Assembly (NCBI GenBank): GCA_038087875.1
Contig: JAXLNO010000297.1
Location: 62,001 to 117,526 of the forward strand
Source: Malacoraja senta
Lineage: Eukaryota
Length of the DNA: 55,526 nucleotides
Direction: 5' to 3'
In this document: positions 22,271-35,039 of the stretch, piece by piece
Layout of the letters: every line of letters starts with the position of its first letter
Position numbering within the stretch: the first letter of the stretch is position 1
Position numbers and translations under genes: made by a program
The notes under the pieces: generated by a model
Database searches by the model: none
The model's input: the letters and a program-made list of their open reading frames with translations, nothing else
What the model was told of the DNA's origin: nothing

Positions 22271-24897
22271 TTAATTGTAAATAGCTGCAGTCCCAGCACC
22301 GAGCCTTGCGGTACCTCACTAGTCACTGCCTGCCATTCTGAAAGGGACCCGTTAATCCCTACTCTGGTTCCTGTCTGCCAACCAATTTTATATCCATGTC
22401 AGCACTCTACCCCCAATACCATGTGCCCTAATTGTGCCCACTAATCTCCTATGTGGAACCTTATCAAATGCTTTCTGTAAGTCCAGGTACACTTCCAACC
22501 ACTGGATCTCCCTTGTCCATGCTAAAAAAATTCCAGAAGATTAGTCAAGCATAATTTTCCCCTTCTTAAATCCATGCTGACTCGGACCGATCCTGTTACT
22601 GCTATGCAAATGTGAAGCTATTTCATTTTCCATGATTGACTCCAGCATTCTCCCCACCACTGATGTCAGGCTAACTGGTCTATAATTCCCTGTTACCTCT
22701 CTCCCGCCTTTCTTAAAAAATGGGATATCATTAGCTACCCTCCAGTCCATAAGAACTGATCCTGAATCTATTGAACATTGGAAAATGATCACCAATGCGT
22801 CCATGATTTCTAGAGCCACTTCCTTAAATACCCTGGGATGCAGACCATCAGGCCCTGGGGATTTATCAGCCTTCAGTCCCCATCAGTCTACCCAACACCA
22901 TTTCCTGCCTAACGTAGATTTCCTTCAGTTCCTCCGTAACCCCAGATCCTCTGGCCACTAGTACATCAGGAAGATTGTTTGTGTCCTCCTTAGTGAAGAC
23001 GGATCCAAATTACCTGTTCAACTTATCTGCCATTTCCTTGTTCCCCATAATAAATTCACCTTTTTTCCAGTCTTTAAGGGTCCAACTTTTGTCTTAACTA
23101 ATTTTTTCCTCTTCACATACCTAAAGAAGCTTTTACTATCCTCCTTTATATTCTTGGCTAGCTTACCTTCGTACCTCATCTTTTCTCCCCGTATTGCCTT
23201 TTTAGTTCTCTTCTGTTGCTCTTTAAACATTACCCAATCCTTTTGCTTCCCGCTCATCTTTGCTACGTTGTACTTCTCTTTTATTTTTATACTGTCCCTG
23301 ACTTCCCTTGTCAGCCGCGGTCGCACCTTACTCCCCTTGGAATCGTTCTTCCTCTTTGGAATGAACTGATCCTGCACCTTCTGTATTATTCCCAGAGATA
23401 CCTGCCATTGTTGTTCCACTGTCATCCCTGCTAGGGTATCTTTCCAGTCAACTTTGACCAGCTTCTGCCTCATGGCTGCATAGTCCCCTTTGTTCAACTG
23501 TAATACTAACACCTCCGATTTACCCTTCTCCCTCTCAAATTGTAGATTAAAACATCATATTATGGTCACTGCCTCCTAATGGCTCCTTAACCTCAAGTTC
23601 CCTTTATCAAATCCAGTTCATTACACAACACTAAATCCAGAATTGCCTTCGCTCTGGTAGGCTCCAGTACAAGCTGTTCTAAGAATCCATCATGGACACA
23701 CTGTACAAACTACCTTGGGGTCCAGTACCAACCTGATTTACCCAGTCTACCTACATATTGAAACCTCCCATAGCAACCATAGCATTACCTTTAGGACATG
23801 CCAATTTTAACGTGATTCAACTTGCACCCTAAATCCAGGCTACTGTTTGGGGGGCTGTAGATAAGTCCCATTATGATCTTTTTACCTTTACATTTCCTTA
23901 GTTCCATGCATACTGACTCCACATCTCTGGTTTCAATGTTACCCCTTGCAAGGGACTGAATGCCAATCCTCACCAACAGAGCTGCCCCACCCCCTCTGCA
24001 CACCTGCTTGTCTTCGATAGGATGTATCCCTTGAATATTCAGTTCTCAGCCCTGGCCCTCTTGCAGCCATGTCTCTGTAATTCTTACAACATCATACTTA
24101 CCAATTTCTAACTGAGCCTCAAGCTCGTCCACTTTATTTCTTATACTTTGCGCATTCATACACAACACCTCCCCTGTCACACCGCTCACTATTGGCGCTG
24201 ACCGTACTCTCTTATCCCTTCTCGAACTTTCCTTCCCATTGATTTGGGAGTCTTTTGTAACTTTTCCTGTACTCACTTCCCCTTTAACTCCATCTTTATA
24301 CTCCCAATTTGTCAATCCGTCCCCCCCACTATTTAGTTTAAACCCACATGTGTAGCCCTAGTAAACCTGCTTGCCAGAACGTTGGTCCCCCTCCAATCAA
24401 GGTGTAACCCGTCCCACACATTCAGGTCCCCTATCTCCCTGTTCCAGCCCTCACTAGCACAAGGTACTGGAAACAATCCAGAGATAACCACTCTGTCCTG
24501 CTTTTCAGATTGTGAACCCATCCTTTAAATACAGTGCAGGACTGTTTTGCAACACGCAGGATTGTTTAACAGTTTAAACAGTAAATACGGAGTTGTGTCG
24601 CAGTTGTTTGCGAGCTGGTCATGAGAGGCCTGCAGATCCTTCTATGCAGGGGGCTGTAGTTTAAAACAGCAGCTGGATAAATCGGCGAGAGTTTGTCAGG
24701 CTATCTCTATGTTGTGTCTACGTGGCAAGATGTCGTCCTTCGGAGTGTATAACATTTTGGACTGAGTTTTTTTGTCGAATTCCTCAAGCTGAATAGTCTT
24801 TGTACAGCTAAGTTTTAGGTGAATTGCTACACCAGAACAGACAGGAATTTGGGGGTTTTGAACGGACCATTTATTTTTTTTAAAAGAGAACGACACG

Positions 24898-27800
24898 ATG
24901 GCAGCGTCCACAGGATACATCGGAAACCTTGGAACTTTTGACAAGAGTAGAGAGCCGTTCAGCTCCTATATGGAGAGAGCAAACATGTTTTTCACAGCAA
25001 ACAATATATTGGAGATTAGTGGTGAAGGAGAGATAGTGGCTGAAACAAATAAGGTCGTTTGCAAACGCATGAAAGCGATTCTGCTCACGGAGATGGGGCC
25101 TGAAGTGTATGGCACACTCGTGAATCTCCTTGCACACTTAAAGGCAAAAGACGTGCCTTTCAATGACATTATAAATAAGTTGGAGGAGCACTTCAACCCA
25201 AAGCCTCTGGAAATTGCAGAAAGCTATAAATTTGGCACTAGAAACCAGAAGCAGAATGAGACAATCAATGAGTACATAGTTGCCTTGAAAAACGTAAGTT
25301 TACACTGTGTTTCTATGTTTCTATGTAACTTTGGAACATTTCTTGGACGAGCACTAGGCGACAGATTTGTTTGTGGTCTGGTGGATGAACGAATTCAGTC
25401 CAAACTGATGAACACTCCAGATCTCACATTTGAGAAAGCATGCAAGATTGCTACCACAATAGAGATGGCATCAAAGAATGCTCGCGAATTTCGCACACCA
25501 CGAACTGCAGTGGCCGTTTACAGTCACAAGGCAGTGCCTATGGCCAAACCAAGAGGCGCTAAACCAAAACCGAAGTATGACGGGGAGCCGAGTTCAGCCA
25601 GTTGTTATCGTTGCAACGGTAATCACTCATCCCAATTTTATCAGTTCAAAATGGCCAAGTGTTATAACTGCCAGAAGAAAGGCTATATCGCCTCAGCATG
25701 TCGGGCCAAGCGTAAAACAGGAAACCAACAATCTGCGGGAATCAAGCAACAACACCGGAGAGGAATTCACAACTTGGAGGTGAACCCAGATGGAAATGAA
25801 CTTAGGTTGTACACCATTTATGCAACCAACATCGATAAGCCTACAACCAGCCAAGGCAAGGACTTTCGAACTAAACTATTAATTAATGAACAGTTAATCG
25901 ATATGTGTATTGACACGGCAGCCAATTGTTCGGTCATGAGCAAAGACCTGTACGAAACAAAGTTCCCACAGATACCATTGTTTGAGAGTAAGGTCAAGCT
26001 GAGAATCTACTCGGGCGAAGTTTTGGAGACTTGTGGACAAATGAACTGTAAAGTTCAGCATAATGGTCAGTCGGTAACACTGCCCATCATAGTAGCCAGC
26101 TACAGAAATAAACCAACCCTCCTTGGAAAGGATTGGCTGAGTAGAATAGAATTAGACTGGAAGAACATTTTCAGCGTCAATTTGTCCAAATCACGTCTTG
26201 AAAACGTCATAAGCAAACATGCAAACATTTTTGCTGACAGTGACACGGGAATAGCAGGGTACTCTGCACACATTTGACTTAAGCAAGATGTGAGGCCTGT
26301 GTATTGTCGACCAAGACCTGTACCATATGCACTAAAGCAACAAGTGGAGGTAGAACTCGACAGATTAGAGCGTAATGGAGTACTTGTGAAGACAGACCAG
26401 AGTAACTGGGCAACGAATTGTGGCTGTACCCAAGGCTGATAAAACTGTTCGACTATGTGGTGATTACAAAGTCACAATCAACCAAGCCGTTGATGATGAA
26501 CAATATCCGTTACCAACCTCGCAAGATCTATACGCAGAACTTAGCGGAGCAAGAGACTTCACTAAACTGGATTTGTCTCACGCTTACGCCCAACTCAATG
26601 TCGATAAGGAAAGTCAGCAGTACTTGACTATCAACACACATAAGGGCTTGTATTCATATACAAAGCTGCCCTATGGTGTGAAATCCTCCCCGAAAATTTT
26701 TCAGTCTGTCATGGACCAAATATTACAAGGCATTCCGCACTGTGTGTGCAACCAGGATGACCTATTGATATTCACAGAAGGCATGGTAGAACATCTGAAA
26801 ATCCTCGAGCAAGTTCTCATAAGACTGAACTTCCACAATGTCAAACTGCGTCAAAGTAAATGTGCATTTGCACAGTCAGAGGTGGTCTACCTTGGACTCA
26901 AAGTAGACGCCAACGGACTTCGCCCTGTGAAAGCGAAAGTTGAAGCAATAGTGAATGCTCCAAAACCCAACAATGTGTCAGAGCTACGCTCATTCCTTGG
27001 GAATGTACAGTTCTATGCACGATTCCTTCCAGATTTAGCAACTGTGCTAAAGCCACTTCATCATCTGCTACAAAAAGACGTGAAATTGACGTGGGGAAAG
27101 GAACAGCAACATGCATTTGACATCTGCATGGAAAACTTGACAAGTGACAAACTTCTTGTTCACTATGATACGACACGCGAGATGAAACTTGCTTGTGATG
27201 CTTCAAGTTATGGTGTAGGTGCAGTGATTTCCCATGTAATGAATGACGGACAGGAAAAGCCTATTGCTTTTGCATCCCGCACCCTGTCACCGAGTGAACG
27301 CAACTATGCGCAGATAGAAAAGGAAGCACTCAGCATCGTGTTCGGAATCAAGAAATTCCATCAGTTTTTCTCGGCAGACCATTCACCCTGGTGACTGATC
27401 ACAAGCCACTACTAGTGATACTTGGTCCCAAGTCAGCTATACCTTCCATGGCGGCATCAAGGATGCAGCGCTGGGCAATTTTGCTGTCCCAGTATGACTA
27501 CAAGATGGAGTACCGAAGCTCCAAGTGCAACACAGTTGCAGATGCGTTGTCCCGGTTGCCCTATGAGAACTCTGACGTGGGAAGTGAAAACTCAATCTAC
27601 ACAATGCAAGTGGTAGATGAAGACTTTCCAGTGACTGCAACAGAAATTGCAGCAGAAACAAAGATAGACAATATGCTGAAGTGGGATTATGAAAAGACAT
27701 TGACATAGTAAGCATGAAGTCAATTGCCAGACGTTTTGTGTATTGGCCTGGTATTCACAGTGACATTGAGTCACTGGTGAGCAAATGTAGCGTCTGCCAA

Positions 27801-28805
27801 AATTGCTGGAGTAAACCACCAAAAACACCACTACAACTCTGGTCATGGCCAAGTAGACCTTGTCAGAGAGTTCATGTAGATTTTTGCAAAAAGGGTAATG
27901 ATCACTTTCTGGTGCAGGTAGATAGTCATTCCAAATGGATTGAGGTTAAACATATGGGGTCAAGCACTACTACTGAGTGTACCATAGATGAGTTGAGATC
28001 AATTTTTGCATGCCATGGTTTACCGGAAGAACTTGTTTCTGATAATGGGCCTCAGTTTCGTTCAGAACAGTTCAAAGAGTTCATGCAGCGGAATGGTGGG
28101 AAACACACACAAGTTCCCCCATACCATCCAGCCTCTAACGGGGCGGCGGAAAGTCTGTTAGAGTTGTCAAAGATGCTCTCAAGAAACAGGTTTTGCAGGG
28201 TAGCTCAAAGCTCAGCAAGTACAGAACCACATCACACACAACAACAGGTAACTCACCTGCAGAACCATTGATGAAGAGAAGGCTACGAATATGCCTAAGT
28301 CTAGTTCAACTCAATTTGGCTTTTGAGAGTTGAACAAAAACAATTAAATCAGAAACGCCATTTTGACTCCCACAAAAAGGAGAGGTACTTCAAGCCAGAT
28401 GAGTAGGTTCGTGTTCTCAGTCCTCCCAACAAGTCCAGTCGAGACAAATGGGATGTTGGGAAAATAGTGGAAGTGTGTGGAACAAAAAGATACTTAGTTG
28501 AATTGAGAGATAGGATCAAAAGTGTTCATGTTGATGAAATGATTCCAGCCAAAGATGAACCAAAAACTGAACATGAAGTCCTAATCCTTGAGTCTTTATC
28601 GGAAAGTGAGTTGGAAGAGCCAACTGTGATTGAAACACAAAGTTCAGTCAGTACAGACAAAGAAACAGATTCCTCTGGTCAAAGTCAGAATACTAAAACA
28701 GAGCCAAACAAGCCTACCGTTGAGTCAACACCTAAACCTGTTACACCTGTTACTGTTAGACGATCAGGCAGGATCCATAAACCAGTAGTCAGATTAGGTT
28801 TTTAA
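24898..28805 (+). pseudogene. Gypsy gag-pol polyprotein (K02A2.6-like), disrupted
   Basis: Zn knuckles CYRC/CYNC, protease IDTAA, RT RLCGDYK..KLDL..PYGVKSSP..NQDDLL, RNase H CDASSYGVGAV, integrase HVDF..SDNGPQF..SNGAAE, terminal RRSGRIHKPV. Confidence 0.92.
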
Positions 28806-28909
28806 GTTAAGTAACTCACTGTCTAGGTAGAATGAAAATGTGTAAATATGTAAAATAAATATATTGTGTGATCATTTAAAATGTAATGAACACTGGTTTA
28901 AATCAAGTA

Positions 28910-30012
28910 AATATCAAAGAAAGCTTTAAAACTGAATAATATACCACTATGTCTTCCCATTGTAAATAATCCTTTATTCAAGCCATCCATATTGGATAGA
29001 GGTTTTATACAATGGAAAAATTATGGAATTAAAAAGATTGGACATCTTTATAGGGAAGGCATGTTTTTGTCATTTCAAGAGTTACAACAGAATCATGGAC
29101 TGCACTCAAATATTTTTTTTAGATATCTACAAATTAGGGATTATGTTAAATCTAATACACAAGTATATAGGACTAGGGAACCAGAAATTCTTGATAAATG
29201 TTTGAATAAGCATCCTAACACTGAAAAATTAATAGCTTATATTTATAACACCCTCTTAAACAATGAGGTACCACCGATGGAACTATATAGACACACATAA
29301 AAAAATGAGTTAGGTCATTCTATAACGAAAGACATTTGGGACGAAAGTTTACAACATATACATCAATGCTCGTTAAATGCCAGACATGCTTTAATACAAT
29401 TTAAAGTATTACACAGATTACATTATTCCAAAGTAAAACTAAATAGAATCTTCCCACATATTTCTTCTATCTGTGATAAATGCTTACATCTAGAGGCCAA
29501 TTTAACACATACTTTTGCCAATTGTATAAAAATTAAAAACTTCTGGATTGATATTTTTGAAATAATTTCTGAAGTTGTTAATACAAAATTGGATCCAGAC
29601 TCAAAATTAATAATACTTGGGATATCAGAACAAAGTTTAACACTCACAACAAACCAAAGAAACTTCCTTGACTACAGTATAATAACAGGGAAAAAATTAA
29701 TATTAAAATTTTGGAAAGGATCTAGATGTAAAAATATATTTCATAACCTACGAACTTATCTCCAAAGACGTATTATAAGTAGTTCATTCCACCTCTTTTT
29801 TTTTTTCTCATGATATTTGTAATGCTTTTTTCTTTCTATCTTTCTTTTTCTATCTATATAAAAAAAACACTAGAAGCAGAATTAATCGACAATTGACAAT
29901 TTTAATAATGTATGATTGATATATATGAAAAGCTTTTATTTCTATTATAATATGTTACCATACCTTATAATATGTTTGCTTCTAATAAAAATATTAATCA
30001 AAAAAAAAAAAA
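28910..30012 (+). mobile_element. 5'-truncated L1 inserted in the Gypsy 3' UTR
   Basis: TSD AAATCAAGTA (28900-28909, 30013-30022), poly-A tail, FFRYLQIRDY, QFKVLHRL, CDKC...HTFANC. Confidence 0.9.
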
Positions 30013-30081
30013 AAATCAAGTATCATAACAAGAAAATTGTAACTGTGTACTTAGATTTAATACTTAAAAAAGGGAGAGCAG

Positions 30082-30223
30082 TGTATTGTGTTCATGCATA
30101 TTCATTATATGCTAATGAGTTGGTTTTGTATATAAGTAGGGAATGTTGGGTAATAAAGCTCTCTTGTGATCCAACCAGCCTGCATGTAAGTTATTGTTCA
30201 TTCTGCTGTCCCGGAATATAACA
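30082..30223 (+). repeat. Gypsy 3' LTR (142 bp)
   Basis: TGT...ACA termini, TATAA and AATAAA inside, PPT immediately upstream. Confidence 0.75.
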
Positions 30224-31324
30224 ACTCTCGAGGATGTTCTGAAGTTGGTCTGTGATATCTTTAACCCTGGCACCATGGAGGCATCAGACCATCCTCGAGC
30301 CTCGGCTGCCGCAACAGAATCTCGAGTCCGTACCTCGGACAATGGAGTCACCCACCACTATAGCTCTGCCTGATGTCGGTCTCGCTGGTTGAGTCTCATC
30401 GCCAGTTTTGGAACCACCGACCTGTCCACCTGTCGGAATGGAAGGGTCATCTGCCTCGACAGCTCCCAAATGGGGGTGCCGGTTTTCATTAGGTTCAGCC
30501 ACCGGGTTCTCCTGCACTCAACGCTTACTCCTCGTTCTCACAGTCACCCTCCTTTGCTCTTCCTGTAGCCTTGACGTGACAACCTCACTGTAGGCCCTGT
30601 CCTGGAAACTCTTCTTTTCCCAGATGTTCCTGAGGTCGTCAAGTTGCTTCTCCAGTGCCCCAACACGGTCCTTCAGGAGCTGAACCTGGACACAGTTGTA
30701 CCACAGTTGTAGCAGCCAGAGGCACCATAAGTGTCCCTGGCCTCCCACATCCTGCAAGCATCACATTGAATCATCTTACCCGTCATGTCTTCTCCAACTT
30801 TTTATGTAGCCTCCTCGCCGAAGACTGTCGAGCCAAAGACTCGCACTTTTCTCTCAATACTCTCGAACCAAAGACTTGCACTTTTTTCTCAAGACTCTTG
30901 AGCCAAGGACTGGCACTTCCCTCTCAAGGCACTTCACTTCATGTCACGTCACTTCACCACTTCTTCTCTTCACTTCACTACTTCACTTCACCTTCACTTC
31001 ACCCCTCCCCCCCTAGGCCACTCCCCTAGAGCAACCTTGTTTATATTGGCTAATTAATTGCCTAATTTACCAATTAAATTCCTCAGTTAATCCCTGCACT
31101 CCACCTGCTGCCGACCTTGAAGGTATGTGTTCTAGGCTGGTCCCGCCCGTGTTTTTCTACTTTCCCTCTTACTCACTGATTTCCAGCCAATCCTAGCTCT
31201 CGCTGCTCCTGGCTGCTCCTGCTCTCCCACCTTCTCGGTAACGCTTGAATCGCGCTTTTGGTGCCCTTTTTAAATCTACTTTCCCTCTTACTCACCGTCT
31301 TCCAGCCAATCCTAGCTCTCGCTG

Positions 31325-33146
31325 TTTTTTATTTTAATTTTTTTATTATACCTTTAATAATCCTTTGCAGGAAATTACAGTGCCACGACAGCTTCAAGAC
31401 AGACATAACACCACACATTTCCTCAAATAGCTTCCATACTTAACAAGTTAAAATACAAGTTAAAATACAAGTTAAAATACAATTAATGAAAAAAAGTGCA
31501 GTTATTTATGCGCATTATATAACCTTATAGCAGCTGGTAAACAGGACTTCCTATGTCTCTCAGTTTTGCACATTGGTGCAATCAGTCTCTGACTGAAGAT
31601 GCTGCTCTTGATCACCTTCAGGGCATGGAGTCGGTGAGTGGGGTTGGTCATTATTGAACCCAGTTTGTTCAGAGTTCTGGCCTCTGCCACCTGCTGGACC
31701 GTTCGTTGCTCAGCCCCGACCACTGAGCCGGCCTTCCTGATCAGCTTGTCCAGTCTGTTTTTGTCCGCTATGCGGGCGCCATCTCCCCAACAGGCCACAG
31801 CAAAAAACAGAGCACTGGCCACCACTGAATGGTAGACACTGCACAGTAGGGGTTGGCAGATGTTAAATGACCTCAGCCTCCTTAAAAAATACAGTCGGCT
31901 TTGTCCCTTCCTGTACACCGCCTCCATATGACACTTCCAGTCCAGCTCACTGTCAAGCTGCACACCAAGGTACCTGTGGTTAGCGACCACCTCCACCTCA
32001 GTGCCCTTAATGGTGATTGGTGTTGCTTGAGTCCTCCTCCTCCCCCTCCTGAAGTCCACAACTATCTCCTTGGTTTTTGTGGTGTTAAGATGGAGGTTAT
32101 TGTGTGCACTCCACTCCACAAAGTTACTTATTATGTCTCTATACTCCTCCTCATTGCCCCCTTTAATGAGGTCGACAACAGCTGTGTCATCCGAAAATTT
32201 CTGCAAAAAGCAGCTGTTGGTGTTATATTGGAGATCCGCTGTGTAGATGGTAAACAGGAATGGAGCCAGCTCAGTTCCTTGTGGAGCCCCTGTGCTGCTC
32301 AAGATGGTGCTTGAGACATTGTTCTGTAGGTGCACGTACTGTGGTCTGAGGGAAAGGTAATCCAAACACCACAGTACCAGTGATGGATCCACTTTCATCT
32401 TCTCCATCTTCTCCCCTAGCAGTCGGGGCTGAATTGTGTTGAAGGCGCTTGAGAAGTCAAAAAATGTAATCCTTACAGATGCATCAGTAGTGTCCAAATG
32501 TGTGTACACCCTCTGCAGCATGTAAATGAGGGCATCATCGACACTGATGTTAGGCTGATATGCAAACTGGAAAGGATCCATTTGATTTGACACACTAGTC
32601 CTGATGTAGGAAAGGACAAGTCTCTCAAATGTCTTCATAATATGTGAAGTGAGCGCTACTGGTCTGTAGTCATTGTGGTGAGTGGGATGGGTCTTCTTTG
32701 GGACAGGTACCAGGCAAGATGTTTTCCACAGCCTTGGAACCTTCTGTAGACGCAAGCTCAGGTTGAACAGGTGTGTTAGAATACCACACAGCTCTGAAGA
32801 GCAGGTCTTCAGTAGCCTTGGGCTGGTGTCATCAGGCCCCACTGCTTTCCCTGGCTTCAGTCTGTCCAGCATCATCTTGACCTGAGCAGTATGAAGTCAT
32901 AGGTGGGGCTGCTGGTGGAGTGGGAGGTGGAAAGAGGGGACTCCGTACAGGTGACATCTCAGGAGTGATGGAGATGATGGAGAGAGGGAGGGGAGGGGAG
33001 GTGGAGAGGAAGCAGCAATGGTCAGCAGACCAGGTGGGGGAGGCTGGGGTGGTGTGGGGCAGTCAAATCTGTTGAAAAATCTGTTCAGATCATCAGCCAG
33101 ACTCTGTTCACCATCAGGCAGTGTACCACCTTTCTGCTTCATGTTT
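31325..33146 (-). mobile_element. 5'-truncated Rex1/Babar LINE inserted in the CR1 5' UTR tandem repeat
   Basis: The CR1 UTR unit (31157-31240) is repeated from 31277, broken at 31324 and resumed at ~33147. Confidence 0.85.
31502..32875 (-). CDS. Rex1/Babar reverse transcriptase; open 457-aa frame, N-terminally truncated
   Basis: DYRPVALTSHIMKTFERL, DPFQFAY, FFDFSSAFNTI, TGAPQGT, KFSDDT, KTKEIVVDFRR, RLYFLRRL. Confidence 0.88.
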   Translation of the reverse strand: MMLDRLKPGKAVGPDDTSPRLLKTCSSELCGILTHLFNLSLRLQKVPRLWKTSCLVPVPKKTHPTHHNDYRPVALTSHIMKTFERLVLSYIRTSVSNQMDPFQFAYQPNISVDDALIYMLQRVYTHLDTTDASVRITFFDFSSAFNTIQPRLLGEKMEKMKVDPSLVLWCLDYLSLRPQYVHLQNNVSSTILSSTGAPQGTELAPFLFTIYTADLQYNTNSCFLQKFSDDTAVVDLIKGGNEEEYRDIISNFVEWSAHNNLHLNTTKTKEIVVDFRRGRRRTQATPITIKGTEVEVVANHRYLGVQLDSELDWKCHMEAVYRKGQSRLYFLRRLRSFNICQPLLCSVYHSVVASALFFAVACWGDGARIADKNRLDKLIRKAGSVVGAEQRTVQQVAEARTLNKLGSIMTNPTHRLHALKVIKSSIFSQRLIAPMCKTERHRKSCLPAAIRLYNAHK

Positions 33147-33229
33147 CTGGCTGCTCCTGCTCTCCCACCTTCACGGTATACCTTGAAATGACACAATTTT
33201 CTTGCTTGTTTACACTTAATTTATATTGT

Positions 33230-34665
33230 TGTAGCAAGTCCAAACTTCGTGGTCAAAAGGTTACATAATTTGGTGAGATACGTTTGACCTACAAGTGCGT
33301 TGGGACTCTCTAACATATTGAGTAATTGCTGCTGCTACTACGCGAGGGTGTTGACTCGAGCTCAGCTACCTGTTGACTCATGATCTCCGGGTAAGATCTG
33401 CTGATGTAGCAGGACACTCCCCTTAGCCCATGACGTCACGTGACAGTCCTCATAACCACTGATGAGGGTTCGACAGTAAGTGGTCTGACAATCAGGTGAC
33501 GCCACAGGACCCCCCCCCACCCCAGAACTGGAGAAAGGCAAACGAGCAGGCCAACGAAATGCGGCAGTCAAAACTCGTAAACCCACAGGCGAAAAGGGAT
33601 GGAACGTGCTCACCTTCTACCAGGTGTGCAAGCATGATCGAGGGCGGCTCCTGCTGTGGGTCGGGGGCACCCCGGCCATGGGTCGGGACGGTGGGGCCCG
33701 CGGGCGCAGACGACGTACCGGCTGTGGGCCATCCCGGCCGTATGCCGAGGGGTGCAAGGAGACCAATGCAAAAGCTGCAGGATGGACGAGACACGGTCAC
33801 ATCTCATCAACCAGCAGGGGATCGTGTCCCGAGAAATACGGCACCCAGCAACGGCTGGGAGACATCGTCAACAATGCAAACCAAAAAAACCACAACAAAT
33901 AAATAAGAATAAACTAATAGCTAAACCCAGCGAGGCCATTGCAGTGTAAAAAGTGAAAAGAGAAGAAAAAAAATAGAGTGAGCAAAAAGGTCCAAAGTGG
34001 TAGGAAACTAAAAGTTCAAATTGTCCAATGTCTGATGAAAAGCTGTGCTGGAAGCCAGAAAGCAGAACGTTGCAGTGACACCATCCGACCTGAAGGGGTG
34101 CCGTTGACGGCGGTCAGGCTGCAGAGACACCATCCGATCTGAGATGGCGCTGTTGACGGCGGTCAGACTGCAGAGAAGGCATTCGGCCAGAAGGTGGCAC
34201 TGTTGACAGCGGTCAGCGCAGGCCGAGCGTCGCTTCCAACTGGCCGCAGCGGCCATTTTGGCAGTCGAACGCGGCGGCCATGTGGTAGTAGGATGCGCCG
34301 GCCATTTTGGCAACTGACCTAGGCGGCCTTCACAGGCGACCAACCAAGGCGAATCCCGGATGCGTGCGGGGCGGCCGGCATCAACGGGCCTCGCCCCACC
34401 GCTGCAGGTAGGAATTCCACCCACTGCTGTCGGTGTCATCGGAGAACGTCAGTGCTGCTGCTCCCCCAGTGGAGACTGGAAGGTGATGGGGAATCCGTCG
34501 CGGGACCGCCGATGCACGACTGGCCGAGGCTCCACACCGCTGCTGGGCCGACCACAGCTCAACCGGACGGGCAGCCCAGCCGGGGATCGTCGAAATCCGC
34601 GCAGGCGCGGAGCAGAAGAACGTCTTCGTGCAGCTGCCCTAGGTAGGCCCGCTTGATCTGGGGGC
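33230..34665 (-). mobile_element. Deleted Gypsy-like LTR element: 3' LTR 33230-33506 plus internal/gag remnant
   Basis: TGTGGC...GCTACA termini preceded by a G-rich PPT. Gag-like RAYLGQLHEDVLLL..ADFDDPR. Three ~48-bp tandem units at ~34070-34220. Confidence 0.6.
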
Positions 34666-35019
34666 TATGCCTTCCGCAGCGGCCGGCTGGGTGATGGGCA
34701 GGCCCGCTCTCTCTCTGCTCCCGGGGCTGGCGGGCGGCGGTGCCGGTGATGCTGATGGCAGGGGGCTGAAAAACTCACAGCTCCAGCAGCAGCTGGTGGG
34801 GGAGCGGCGGCAACCACGGCCTCTTTGCTCTGATGGGCGGCAGCTGGTGGGCGATCGGCGGCGGCAGCCGCGGCCTCAGCCCCGGTGGTCAGCAGAGAGA
34901 GAGCGGGCCTGCCCATCACCCAGCCGGCCGCTGCGGAAGGCATAGCCCCCAGATCAAGCGGGCCTACCTAGGGCAGCTGCACGAAGACGTTCTTCTGCTC
35001 CGCGCCTGCGCGGATTTCG
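34591..35019. repeat. 129-bp perfect inverted repeat (34591-34719 / 34891-35019), 171-bp GC-rich spacer
   Basis: Arms are reverse complements by direct comparison. Confidence 0.95.
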
Positions 35020-35039
35020 TGTGGGTCGTGTCATGGCGG

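Larger units (their letters stand above)
24511..30223 (+). mobile_element. Gypsy/Ty3 LTR retrotransposon; 3' LTR present, 5' LTR lost
   Basis: gag-PR-RT-RH-IN order. PPT aaaagggagagcag precedes a TG...CA LTR at 30082-30223. No second LTR copy upstream. Confidence 0.9.
16471..33176 (-). mobile_element. Near full-length CR1 LINE in four pieces (16471-17075, 21876-24510, 30224-31324, 33147-33176)
   Basis: Colinear 5' UTR, ORF1 (coiled coil plus SGNH esterase: AIVVGDSIVRG, DGLHL), APE (MNAQSIRNK, ITETWL), RT (NYRPVSLTS, QHGF) and 3' tail. Sequence rejoins across the hAT TSD. Confidence 0.88.

Noticed and set aside
24511..24897. 5' LTR of the plus-strand Gypsy
   Set aside because: No similarity to 30082-30223. 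The LTR appears deleted together with adjacent CR1 ORF1 sequence.
34665..34945. Pair of mirror-image 92-aa ORFs
   Set aside because: A by-product of the inverted repeat and high GC content.
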